Shown: piece after piece, positions 1 through 7,784 of the stretch | Position numbering within the stretch: position 1 is the first letter of the stretch | Layout of the letters: the number at the start of each line of letters is the position of its first letter | Source of the DNA: Gemmatimonadaceae bacterium | GTDB lineage: Bacteria; Gemmatimonadota; Gemmatimonadetes; Gemmatimonadales; Gemmatimonadaceae | NCBI GenBank assembly: GCA_035461825.1 | Contig: DATHUW010000049.1 | Span: 1 to 15,630, forward strand | Reading direction: 5' to 3' | DNA length: 15,630 nucleotides | Position numbers and translations under genes: made by a program | Notes under the pieces: model-generated | Databases searched by the model: none | The model's input: only the letters and a program-made list of their open reading frames with translations | What the model was told of the DNA's origin: nothing

Positions 1-30
1 GGGTCCGGCCGTTTGCGTCGCGACGACTGC

Positions 31-104
31 GGCAGGGTAGCTCAGCCGGTTAGAGCACGGCACTCATAATGCCGGGGTCGCGGGTTCGAGTCCCGCCCCT
101 GCTA
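31..104 (+). tRNA. tRNA-Met (anticodon CAT); could alternatively be tRNA-Ile2 (lysidine-modified CAU)
   Basis: Cloverleaf read directly from the sequence. Acceptor stem GGCAGGG pairs with CCCTGCT (G1:U72 wobble), discriminator A. D-arm GCTC..GAGC. Anticodon stem CGGCA/TGCCG with loop CTCATAA, giving anticodon CAT. T-arm GCGGG-TTCGAGT-CCCGC. It is 74 nt with no encoded CCA. It lacks the three G:C pairs in the anticodon stem and the C1:A72 mismatch of initiator tRNA, so it is the elongator type. Confidence 0.85.
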
Positions 105-152
105 TGTGCACGAGTCCTTGGAGGCTCGTTATCTCCGCCCGAGAAGCAATGC

Positions 153-185
153 AGAGCCCGCAGAGTCCCTGACTCGGCGGGCTCT
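153..185 (+). terminator. Hairpin downstream of tRNA (9-bp stem AGAGCCCGC/GCGGGCTCT, 15-nt loop); possible tRNA transcript terminator/processing structure
   Basis: The inverted repeat is seen directly, about 50 nt after the tRNA 3' end. There is no T-run, which is common in high-GC genomes. Confidence 0.3.
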
Positions 186-318
186 CTCGTGTCACCGTAC
201 CGGGTTCCCGGCGCGGGATCACGCAGGCGCCGGCGACCAGGAGAGCCACGACGACTACCGTCACCCGGTCCGGATCCAGCTAGTAGACCGTCACATCGCG
301 ATGGGCCCGGTGCGCTGT

Positions 319-350
319 GTCATTGCGATATCATTCGGTCATTGCGAGGC
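319..350 (+). promoter_or_regulatory. Candidate ppc promoter/operator: tandem direct repeat GTCATTGCGA (319-328, 338-347) embedded in the relatively AT-rich stretch CATTGCGATATCATTCGGTCATTGCGAGG
   Basis: This is the only AT-rich island in the tRNA-ppc intergenic region, 35-65 nt upstream of the ppc ATG (384). The same ATTCGG-TCATTGCGA motif recurs upstream of nrfH (4509-4528) and at the nfeD 5' end. Confidence 0.35.
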
Positions 351-383
351 CTCGGCATCGGCCACCCTCCGCCTCGGCACCCC

Positions 384-3179
384 ATGACCGCTCGTCCCTC
401 GATCCCATCCGAACCGGCGACCAGACCTGAGGACGTTCCGCTTCACGAGGACGTTCGCTGGCTCGCCGAGACGCTCGGCCGGGTAATCGCCAGGCTGGAG
501 GGTGACGAGGCGTTCCGCGCCGTGGAAGGCCTGAGGCAGGCGTGCCGTGATCGGCGCCGCGGAGAGGACGGCTCGGCGACTTTCGACACGCTGCTCGAGC
601 AGGTGGCGACGCTCCCGCTCGACCTCAACTCCGTGACCGCCCGCGCCTTCACGCTGTTCTTCCTGCTCATCAACACGGCGGAGCAGGTGCACCGCGTGAG
701 GCGGCGTGGGGATTATCATGGGAGCTCGGAGCCGCAACCCGCCTCCGCGCGCTGGACCATGCGGCAGCTCCGGAGCGCCGGCCGGCCGGCGGGCGAAGTC
801 GCAGCGGCGATCGCCCACCTGGACGTACGTCCGGTGCTGACCGCGCACCCCACGGAGTCGACCCGCCGCACGCTGCTCGCGCTGCAGGCACGAGTGTCGG
901 AGCTGTTGCTGGAGCGCGAATCCACCCCCGAGTCCGACCGTGGCGTGATCGACAGCGCCCTCGAGGGCGAGATCGAACTGTTGTGGCTCACCGCCGAGGT
1001 ACGCCAGGATCGCCCGTCAGTGCTGGACGAGGTAAGCACCGGTATCTGGTATCTGGAAACGCGCCTGCTCGCCGCAGCGACGCGTGCACAGGGTGCCCTG
1101 GTACGTGCATTCGAAGCGGAATTTTCGTCGCCCTCTGACGCCCTTCGCCTGGCGACGCCACTGAGCTTCGGTAGCTGGGTGGGCGGAGATCGGGACGGGA
1201 ATCCGTTCGTCACGCCCGAGGCATCGATCGCCGCGGCCCGGCGCGCAAGCTTCGTCATGCTGGGGCATTATCTGGAGTCGCTGAATGCGCTCGCCGAGCG
1301 GATCTCGCTCTCGGCACAGATCGCGGAGCCTGGTGAGCCGTTGATGGCGTCCCTGCACCGGGACCGGGAGCTTCATCCCGAGGTGTGGAAGGCCAACCGC
1401 GCACGGAACGCCGACGAACCGCTCCGGCTCAAGTTGACGTTCATGGCGGCGCGCATCGATGCCACGCGCCGTCTCGTCGCATCGCGCGATGCGGGGCGCG
1501 CTATCCACGAGCCATCCGCCTATCCAGATGCCCTGAGGTTCGAAGCGGACCTGTTGCTGGTGCGCGACGCTCTTCTGGCCGCCGGCGCGACGGAGGCCTG
1601 CCGGACCGCGTTCGACCCGTTGCTCGTGGACGTCCGGGCCCATGGCTTTCACGGCTTTCGCATGGATGTCCGGGAGCACGCGGACATCCTGACGGCGGCC
1701 GTGGACGACGTCACCGCCCAGTCCGGCTCGCCGCCGCTGGATGCAGCCGGGCTGCGGCGCGAGCTGATGAGCCGTCGTCGCCTGATGGGGCCGCGCGTCG
1801 CGCTCGCGGAGGGCGCACGGCAGGTGGTCGATACGTTCGGTGCGATCGACACGATTCAGCGTGAGGCGGGGACCGCCGCCGCCTCCACGTACATCGTGTC
1901 GATGACGACCTGCGCAGAGGACCTGCTGCGCGTCCTCCTGCTGGCACGGGAAGCCGGGTTGGTGGATCTCGCCGCCGATCCTCCTGTTTCGCGGCTGGAT
2001 GTGGTCCCGCTGTTTGAGACGCTCGACGACCTGACGAATGCATCGGCCGTGATGATGGCGTTGCTGAGCGACGACGTGTACCGTCGGCAGCTCGCCGCGC
2101 GCGGCGGTCGGCAGGAGGTGATGATCGGCTACTCCGATTCCGGCAAGGACGCCGGCATTCTCGCGTCGTCGTGGGGGTTGTACCAGGTGCAGGAAGCGCT
2201 GTCCCGATCGTTCGATGACGCGGGAATCGAGCTGCGGCTGTTTCACGGGCGCGGAGGAAGCGTGGGACGTGGAGGCGGGTCGCCCATCTACCGCGCGCTT
2301 GCCGCCCTACCCCCGCACTCGGTGCGAGGGCGGATCAAGATCACGGAGCAGGGAGAGATCATCTCGCAGCAGTTCGGGCTGCTGCCGATCGCCGAGCGGA
2401 CGCTCGAGGTGAGCCTCTCGGGTACGCTGCTGCACCAGTTCAGCGATTGGCGGGAGGGGGTGAGCCAGCGTGACGTCGTCAGGTTTCGCACGGCGATGGA
2501 CGAGTTGTCGGCGCGATCGCTCGAGGTCTACCGCGACCTCGTCCACCATAACGCTGCCCTCTTCGAGCTGTTCCGCGCGGCGACGCCGGTCGAGGAGTTG
2601 GCGAACGCGCGCTTTGGCTCGCGACCCGCATACCGGCCGGGCGCCCGGCCGGGGATTGATGGCATTCGCGCGATCCCGTGGGGGTTCGGGTGGACCCAGA
2701 TCCGGTTGATGCTGACGGGATGGCTGGGTGTCGGCTCGGCGCTCGACGGGTTGGCTGCGGAGGCACACGGGATCCGGACGCTGCGCCGGATGGCTCAGGA
2801 ATGGCCATTCTTCGACGATCTGCTCGCGAAGATCGAGATGGTGTGCGCGAAGACCGATCTGACGGTCGCACGAACGTACGTGGAACAGCTGGGCGGCGAC
2901 CGTCACCTGCTGGCACGGCTGGAGCGCGAGTTCGAGCTAACGGTTCAGTCGGTGCTGTCCATCCGCGAGACGGATCACCTCCTCGACGACGCACCGGTGC
3001 TGCAGGCGGCGATCGCCCTCCGGAATCCGTATGTCGATGCGCTCTCCCTTCTGCAAATCGCGCTGCTGCGGCAGAAGCGACATGGTGACGTGGTGAACGA
3101 CGAGCACCGCGCCCAGCTGGACGGCGCGCTGGCGACGACGCTGGGCGGCATAGCGCAGGGACTGCGGAACACGGGCTGA
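384..3179 (+). CDS. ppc: Phosphoenolpyruvate carboxylase (931 aa)
   Basis: PEPC signature motifs are present in the translation: VLTAHPTE, QEVMIGYSDSGKDAG, FHGRGGSVGRGGGSP, ITEQGE, AIPWGFGWTQIR, and the canonical C-terminal ...GLRNTG. The six-frame ORF (from 69) runs 5' through the tRNA. The first in-frame ATG after the tRNA is 384 (MTARPSIPS...), which gives a protein of typical bacterial PEPC length. Start codon choice is moderately certain. Confidence 0.9.
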   Translation: MTARPSIPSEPATRPEDVPLHEDVRWLAETLGRVIARLEGDEAFRAVEGLRQACRDRRRGEDGSATFDTLLEQVATLPLDLNSVTARAFTLFFLLINTAEQVHRVRRRGDYHGSSEPQPASARWTMRQLRSAGRPAGEVAAAIAHLDVRPVLTAHPTESTRRTLLALQARVSELLLERESTPESDRGVIDSALEGEIELLWLTAEVRQDRPSVLDEVSTGIWYLETRLLAAATRAQGALVRAFEAEFSSPSDALRLATPLSFGSWVGGDRDGNPFVTPEASIAAARRASFVMLGHYLESLNALAERISLSAQIAEPGEPLMASLHRDRELHPEVWKANRARNADEPLRLKLTFMAARIDATRRLVASRDAGRAIHEPSAYPDALRFEADLLLVRDALLAAGATEACRTAFDPLLVDVRAHGFHGFRMDVREHADILTAAVDDVTAQSGSPPLDAAGLRRELMSRRRLMGPRVALAEGARQVVDTFGAIDTIQREAGTAAASTYIVSMTTCAEDLLRVLLLAREAGLVDLAADPPVSRLDVVPLFETLDDLTNASAVMMALLSDDVYRRQLAARGGRQEVMIGYSDSGKDAGILASSWGLYQVQEALSRSFDDAGIELRLFHGRGGSVGRGGGSPIYRALAALPPHSVRGRIKITEQGEIISQQFGLLPIAERTLEVSLSGTLLHQFSDWREGVSQRDVVRFRTAMDELSARSLEVYRDLVHHNAALFELFRAATPVEELANARFGSRPAYRPGARPGIDGIRAIPWGFGWTQIRLMLTGWLGVGSALDGLAAEAHGIRTLRRMAQEWPFFDDLLAKIEMVCAKTDLTVARTYVEQLGGDRHLLARLEREFELTVQSVLSIRETDHLLDDAPVLQAAIALRNPYVDALSLLQIALLRQKRHGDVVNDEHRAQLDGALATTLGGIAQGLRNTG

Positions 3180-3186
3180 CGTACGC

Positions 3187-3224
3187 GACATCCCTTCAGC
3201 GACGCGTCAAACTAAGGGATGTCG
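3187..3224. terminator. Hairpin between convergent genes (10-bp stem GACATCCCTT/AAGGGATGTC, 18-nt loop); candidate bidirectional terminator
   Basis: A perfect inverted repeat 8 nt after the ppc stop and about 75 nt after the stop of the convergent − strand gene. No U-tract. Confidence 0.4.
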
Positions 3225-3300
3225 GTTGGCGAGCTCGAGCGCTGAGTGCGGGTCGTCGCGGGCGTGATCAGGTTCGTCCAGGCATGACAGGCGGTCGCGT

Positions 3301-3867
3301 TCAGGCAGCGGCCGGCCACAGCCACCCGAACACGCCCGCCGTCACCAGCGCGTAGATCAGCCCATCGAATACGTTCTTCAGCGTGGTGCTCCACTTCCGC
3401 TTGTACCAGATCGAGTCCTGGAACTGGGCCAGTGCGTAGCCCGCAAAGGCGACCGTGCCGGCGAACCGGAACACGTCGAGGTACGCTGCGCCGGGCCCTA
3501 ACGCACGACCGGCGACGTACGCGGCGAAGAGGCTGACCAGTACCGAGAAGGCGAACCACTGCGCCAGGCTCCCCCCCATCGTGAACGATCCGCTCGGGTA
3601 CACGGTCATCATCGCGACCGGACCGCGCTTGAGCTTCTCGACGAACACCGGGTCCTTCATCGCCGCCATGGAGCCTCCGTGGGGCACCATATAGTCGCCC
3701 GGCGGCAGGTCGAACGGGCGCAGCGCATCCATTACCGCATCCTCGGCCGGCACCCCGACGAGATCCGTCCGGTGGTAGCCAAGCACCATGTGGATGACGG
3801 AGCTCACCAGGAACACGAGGACGGCCGAGACGAGAATCGGGATCCACAACGACACGAGCGGGACCAT
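3301..3867 (-). CDS. Conserved-type integral membrane protein of unknown function (188 aa, about 4-5 predicted TM helices)
   Basis: High GC3 reading frame. Hydrophobic segments: [70 protein letters not shown]. The ATG at 3867 has a strong SD (AAGGAGG, 5-nt spacer). The ORF-track extension to 3963 has no RBS. Family not recognised from sequence alone. Confidence 0.7.
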   Translation of the reverse strand: MVPLVSLWIPILVSAVLVFLVSSVIHMVLGYHRTDLVGVPAEDAVMDALRPFDLPPGDYMVPHGGSMAAMKDPVFVEKLKRGPVAMMTVYPSGSFTMGGSLAQWFAFSVLVSLFAAYVAGRALGPGAAYLDVFRFAGTVAFAGYALAQFQDSIWYKRKWSTTLKNVFDGLIYALVTAGVFGWLWPAAA

Positions 3868-3978
3868 CTGCACCTCCTTCGTGAAGGGCGACGAGCCACG
3901 GCTGGAGCGAGGGAACGGGGACGAATGTACCACGGCGCCGCGCGATGCGCACGCCTGACGCACACGCGGCCTGGGCGA

Positions 3979-4314
3979 TCAGGGTGCGCGCGGTGGGAGC
4001 TGGTCGTTATGCCGGACGGCGTCTCGCGGGCCCGGGAAGACCTCCAGCGACGGGTCGAGCGTACCCTGGGGCGCGTCCGCCGGTCGGACCGCCCGCGGCC
4101 ACCGTCCGGTGAGGCGATGGTAGACCATCACTCCGGCCCCGATCAGGGTGCCGGCCGCGGCCAGGATCACGAGCAGTACGAGCCCGAACGCCACGAAGAT
4201 GCCGCCCAGGGCGACGAAGGCGATCGCCAGGGCCACCGCGCCGGCCCTGCTGCGCGTGGTGATGTGAATGCCACGATAGCTGCGGCGCCCCTCGTCCTCG
4301 GGATTCTCGGTCAT
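3979..4314 (-). CDS. Small membrane protein, 2 predicted TM helices (111 aa), hypothetical
   Basis: High GC3 frame encoding AVALAIAFVALGGIFVAFGLVLLVILAAAGTLIGAGVMVY. The competing − frame ORF (4007..4450) is an Arg/Gly-rich artefact. Start is taken at ATG 4314 (MTENPEDE...). The longer version to 4422 adds an Arg-rich non-hydrophobic extension. Start uncertain, weak RBS. Confidence 0.5.
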   Translation of the reverse strand: MTENPEDEGRRSYRGIHITTRSRAGAVALAIAFVALGGIFVAFGLVLLVILAAAGTLIGAGVMVYHRLTGRWPRAVRPADAPQGTLDPSLEVFPGPRDAVRHNDQLPPRAP

Positions 4315-4508
4315 GCGGGTGGATACCCCCGTCGTCCAGGAACGAGCCGAGAGGCTCCGAGTCGCGCACCGGTGGAAGTGCCCGCGATACGCGCGCGTCC
4401 GTTGCGCGCTCGGCCGGGGCACGATTCCTTCCCGGCGACGGAGTCGTCACGCTCGAGCCCCCATGGACGACGCCTGGTGGCGGCGGAGGGCACGGACCGT
4501 GCGGCGGG

Positions 4509-4528
4509 GATTCGGCTCATTGCGAAGG
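4509..4528 (+). promoter_or_regulatory. Conserved motif GATTCGGCTCATTGCGAAGG upstream of nrfH (17/18 identical to the ppc-upstream motif ATTCGG-TCATTGCGAGG); candidate shared operator/promoter element
   Basis: Seen directly, in the 333-bp divergent intergenic region about 120 nt upstream of the nrfH GTG. It is followed by the direct repeats GCGAATGGGGGG / CGAACGGGGGG (4534-4562). Confidence 0.35.
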
Positions 4529-4647
4529 AGCGTGCGAATGGGGGGTCGATCCGAACGGGGGGACTGCGGAGCAACTCGCGGCGCAAGCGCGGAAGCGACG
4601 GGTGATGCGGCGACTGCGCACGATCAGGTGACGGTCGGGTCGTCACG

Positions 4648-5169
4648 GTGAACCGCCGCCTCGCGTGGCCGCTCGCCGCCGCGATCGCGCTCGGATTGGC
4701 CGCCGGGCTGGGCGCGTTCACGTTCGTATACGCGAAGGGCGCCTCGTACCTCTCGACGGACGCGGCGTCGTGCGCCAACTGCCACATCATGAGCGAGCAT
4801 TACGCGGCATGGCTCAAGTCGAGCCATCGCCACGTGGCGAAGTGCGCTGACTGTCATATGCCGCACGAGACCATTGGGAAATATGCTGCGAAGGCCTCGA
4901 ACGGGTTCTGGCACTCGCTCGCCTTCACGACCGGGGAGTATCCCGATCCATTGCAGATCAAGCCGCACAATCGGGCGATCACCGAGCGAACGTGCCGGGA
5001 CTGTCATGGCGCGATCGTCGACGCGATCGACGCACGCGGTGTCGTGGCTACGGCAGGCACGCCCGGGGGCGCCGACCGCCCGGCGGTGCACGACGGCCCC
5101 GTGATCGAGGGCGGCGGCGAGTTCTCCTGCATTCGCTGCCACACGTACGTTGGCCACATGGTACGATGA
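4648..5169 (+). CDS. nrfH: NrfH, membrane-anchored tetraheme cytochrome c quinol dehydrogenase (NapC/NirT/NrfH family), 173 aa
   Basis: N-terminal TM anchor (WPLAAAIALGLAAGLGAFTFVY). Four CXXCH heme motifs (CANCH, CADCH, CRDCH, CIRCH). Size and spacing are typical of NrfH, and it sits immediately upstream of nrfA. GTG start at 4648. Confidence 0.88.
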   Translation: MNRRLAWPLAAAIALGLAAGLGAFTFVYAKGASYLSTDAASCANCHIMSEHYAAWLKSSHRHVAKCADCHMPHETIGKYAAKASNGFWHSLAFTTGEYPDPLQIKPHNRAITERTCRDCHGAIVDAIDARGVVATAGTPGGADRPAVHDGPVIEGGGEFSCIRCHTYVGHMVR

Positions 5170-5193
5170 TGGCCCGGCGCTCAACCAGAGTGG

Positions 5194-6687
5194 ATGATGA
5201 CCGAGACTGACCCGCGACCTCCCGCAGAAGCTCCCCCTCGTCGCTTCGGCGCGCGCTGGCTCGTCGGCGCCGCGGTGCTCGCGGCCGTGGCCGCCGTTGG
5301 GCTCGCCGCGCTGCTCACGAACATCTTCGAGCGGCGGCAGGAGGCGCGAAGTCCGTTCTACCGCGTGGTGGAAATCACCGACACGACGACCGATCCGGCG
5401 GTCTGGGGACGCAACTTTCCCATCCAGTACGATGCCTATCGACGGACGGTCGATCAGGTGTACACGCGCTACGGCGGGAGTGAGGCGCTGCCGCGCAATC
5501 CCACGGCCATCGATCCCCGCCGCGTTGTCGCCCAGTCGCGCCTGGAGGAGGACCCCCGACTCCGCCGCATGTGGCAGGGCTATGCCTTCGCGAGCGACTT
5601 TCGTGAGGAACGCGGGCACGCGTACATGCTGGAGGATCAGCTCTACACCGAGCGGCAGATCGTCGCGCAGCAGCCGGGCACCTGCGTGCACTGCCACGCG
5701 TCCGTCTACGTGCCGTACCTGCGACTGGGCGACGGAGACCTCGTTCGCGGATTCGAGCGCATGAACCAGATGCCGTACCAGGAGGCGAAGGAGCTGGTGT
5801 CGCATCCGGTGTCGTGCATCGACTGTCACTCGCCCGAAACGTTGGAGCTGCGGGTGACCCGTCCGGGGTTCATGGAGGGGATCCGGGCGCTGAAGGCGTC
5901 GGAAGGCGTCCAGGACTTCGACGTCAACGCGATGGCCACGCGGCAGGAGATGCGGACCTACGTGTGCGCGCAGTGCCATGTGGAGTACTACTTCGCGGGG
6001 CCCGAGAAACGGCTCGTCTATCCGTGGGCGCGCGGGCTGCTCGTGGACAGCATGCTGGCGTACTACGACTCGGTCGGACACCGCGACTGGGTCCATACCG
6101 CGTCAGGCGCGCCGGCCCTCAAGGCGCAGCATCCCGAGTTCGAGATGTACAGCCAGGGGATCCACGCCCGGTCCGGCGTCGCGTGCGCCGACTGCCACAT
6201 GCCGTACGAGCGCACGGGTGCGCTGAAGGTGAGCGACCATCAGGTGCGCAGCCCGCTCCTCATGATCGAGCGCTCGTGCCAGACGTGCCACAGGATCTCC
6301 GAGGAAGAGCTCCGGCGGCGCGTGTTCACGATCCAGGACCGCACCTTCGAGCTGCGAAACGTCGCCATCGATGCGGTGCTCCAGCTCGTCGACGGGCTCG
6401 AGGCCGCGCGCGCGACGGACAGTACGAACGCGCGATTGGCCGTGGCGCAGCGGTATCAGCGTGCCGCGCAGTTCTTCGCCGACTTCGTGGAGGCCGAGAA
6501 TTCCATGGGGTTCCATGCGCCGCAGGAGGCCGCGCGCATCCTCGGGCACTCGATCAATTTCTCGCGGCTGGGACAGGCGGCCCTGCGCGGCGAGTCGGTC
6601 CCCGCGTCGCCGACCGAGGCGGCGGCCGCGTCCGCGCACCGGCCCAAGCGCGCGGCGGGTGCGGCGGGTACCGCGACGCGGCAGTAA
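5194..6687 (+). CDS. nrfA: Cytochrome c nitrite reductase (ammonia-forming) pentaheme catalytic subunit NrfA, CXXCH active-site variant, 497 aa
   Basis: Five CXXCH motifs (CVHCH, CIDCH, CAQCH, CADCH, CQTCH). The CAQCHVEYYF block is shared with characterised NrfA. An N-terminal signal anchor is present. The gene follows nrfH after a 24-nt gap. The first (catalytic) heme motif is CXXCH, not the CXXCK of the E. coli type. Confidence 0.9.
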   Translation: MMTETDPRPPAEAPPRRFGARWLVGAAVLAAVAAVGLAALLTNIFERRQEARSPFYRVVEITDTTTDPAVWGRNFPIQYDAYRRTVDQVYTRYGGSEALPRNPTAIDPRRVVAQSRLEEDPRLRRMWQGYAFASDFREERGHAYMLEDQLYTERQIVAQQPGTCVHCHASVYVPYLRLGDGDLVRGFERMNQMPYQEAKELVSHPVSCIDCHSPETLELRVTRPGFMEGIRALKASEGVQDFDVNAMATRQEMRTYVCAQCHVEYYFAGPEKRLVYPWARGLLVDSMLAYYDSVGHRDWVHTASGAPALKAQHPEFEMYSQGIHARSGVACADCHMPYERTGALKVSDHQVRSPLLMIERSCQTCHRISEEELRRRVFTIQDRTFELRNVAIDAVLQLVDGLEAARATDSTNARLAVAQRYQRAAQFFADFVEAENSMGFHAPQEAARILGHSINFSRLGQAALRGESVPASPTEAAAASAHRPKRAAGAAGTATRQ

Positions 6688-6712
6688 CGCCCGGCACGAG
6701 CCATGCTTCCAG

Positions 6713-6738
6713 CTCGCCGCGTCACGCTTTGCGGCGAG
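6713..6738 (+). terminator. Hairpin after nrfA (8-bp stem CTCGCCGC/GCGGCGAG, 10-nt loop) overlapping the RBS of the next gene; possible attenuator/partial terminator
   Basis: Inverted repeat seen directly 26 nt after the nrfA stop. The 3' arm includes the GAGG of the putative SD for the 6746 gene. Confidence 0.25.
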
Positions 6739-6745
6739 GTCCCGC

Positions 6746-7255
6746 ATGTCACGCGCGAAGTCGAAGACGCCATCGCTGCCCGAGGCGCCGGAGATCGATA
6801 GGCGGATCACCATTCCGCCGTTTCGCGCCGCGGCACTCGGCGTGATCGTGCTCGTGCCAGTGCTGGCGGTCCTCGGAGTCTTCGGGGAGCGCGCGCGCGC
6901 GGGCGCCGCGGCCTCCGGCGCGATCGCCGTCCAGATCGAGTTCCCCTCGCGCGCCCGCTTCAGGGCGCTCGACGTCATCACGGCAACGGTCGCCAACCGG
7001 TCGGATGGTGTCATCGACACAGTCACCGTTCGCATCGACACCGCCTACGCGCTCCGCTTCTCGGCCGTCACGTTCACGCCACCCGCGACCGCGGCGTACG
7101 GCGTGAAGCTGACGTCGCTCGGGCCGGGCGAGTCGCGCCTGGTGGTGGTCGAGCTGCGGGGTGAACGGTACGGCCGCCATCGCGGCGCGCTGCATGTCGA
7201 GAGCACCTCCGGCGATACGGTCGCCATCGCCGTGCACACCTGGACCTTCCCGTGA
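6746..7255 (+). CDS. Hypothetical exported/membrane-anchored protein (169 aa), N-terminal TM then beta-rich domain
   Basis: In-frame ATG with GAGG 7 nt upstream. High GC3. TM segment AAALGVIVLVPVLAVLGVF followed by a V/T/A-rich soluble domain. No family recognised. The longer ORF-track version (from 6371) overlaps nrfA out of frame and is rejected. Confidence 0.55.
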   Translation: MSRAKSKTPSLPEAPEIDRRITIPPFRAAALGVIVLVPVLAVLGVFGERARAGAAASGAIAVQIEFPSRARFRALDVITATVANRSDGVIDTVTVRIDTAYALRFSAVTFTPPATAAYGVKLTSLGPGESRLVVVELRGERYGRHRGALHVESTSGDTVAIAVHTWTFP

Positions 7256-7262
7256 GGCGTAC

Positions 7263-7742
7263 ATGGAAACCGTCGCGAGAGTCGCATTCGTCTACGTCCT
7301 GCTGATGGTCACGCTACGCGTCGTCGGCAAGCGGGAGCTGGGACGGCTCTCGCCCTTCGAGCTCGTGCTGCTGATGCTGATCCCCGAGCTGTTCCAGCAG
7401 GCGCTCATGCGGGAGGACTTCTCGCTGACCGCCGCCGTCATCGCGTTCTTCTCGCTCGTGTCGCTGGTCTTCGCGACGTCGCTGCTCGCGCACCGCTTCC
7501 GATGGATGGAGCGCATCCTGGCCGGCGAGCCGGCGGTGATCGCGTCAGGCGGCCGCTTCGTCGTGGAGGCAATGAACCACGAGCGGGTGCAGCCCGGGGA
7601 GGTGTACGCGGAACTGCGGAAGGCGGGATTCGAGCGGCTGTCCGACGCGCGGTACATCGTGCTGGAGGACGACGGGAAGTTGTCGATCGTGCCGGTGGAG
7701 CGGGGCGGGGCGACGCGGCGGGATGACGACACGCCGGTGTAG
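7263..7742 (+). CDS. DUF421 (YetF-like) membrane protein with YetF-type C-terminal domain, 159 aa
   Basis: The N-terminal block VVGKRELGRLSPFELVLLMLIPE matches the DUF421 signature (..GKRELsQLtPFDlVv..). The C-terminal soluble block (EPAVIASGGRFVVEAMNHERVQPGEVYAELRKAGFERLSDARYIVLEDDGKLSIV) matches the YetF C-terminal fold pattern. Seven-nt gap after the previous gene. Confidence 0.75.
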   Translation: METVARVAFVYVLLMVTLRVVGKRELGRLSPFELVLLMLIPELFQQALMREDFSLTAAVIAFFSLVSLVFATSLLAHRFRWMERILAGEPAVIASGGRFVVEAMNHERVQPGEVYAELRKAGFERLSDARYIVLEDDGKLSIVPVERGGATRRDDDTPV

Positions 7743-7784
7743 CCGTCCCGCACGCCTTCCCATTCGCAGTGGCATGCGCCAACG

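Noticed and set aside
69-383. 5' extension of the ppc ORF (starting at 69) and ORF 106..387 (93 aa)
   Set aside because: The extension runs through the tRNA-Met gene. Its translation is Arg/Pro-rich low-complexity and unlike PEPC N-termini. The first Met after the tRNA (384) gives a normal-length PEPC.
339-3191. Multiple − strand and alternate-frame ORFs inside ppc (e.g. 1017..2246 − 409 aa; 716..1258 −; 2307..2906 −; 2479..2994 −; 1385..1864 +)
   Set aside because: They are antisense or out of frame to a gene with unambiguous PEPC motifs. Their products are Arg/Pro/Gly-rich and low-complexity, as expected from stop-codon depletion in 70% GC DNA.
3212-3952. 246-aa − strand ORF overlapping the 3301..3867 membrane-protein gene in another frame; also 3679..4605 + 308 aa
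   Set aside because: Arg/Gly/Pro-rich low-complexity products. The chosen frame encodes coherent TM helices and has a strong SD.
4624-6096. 490-aa − strand ORF antisense to nrfH/nrfA
   Set aside because: It is antisense to two genes with clear multiheme cytochrome signatures. Its composition is Arg-rich and artefactual.
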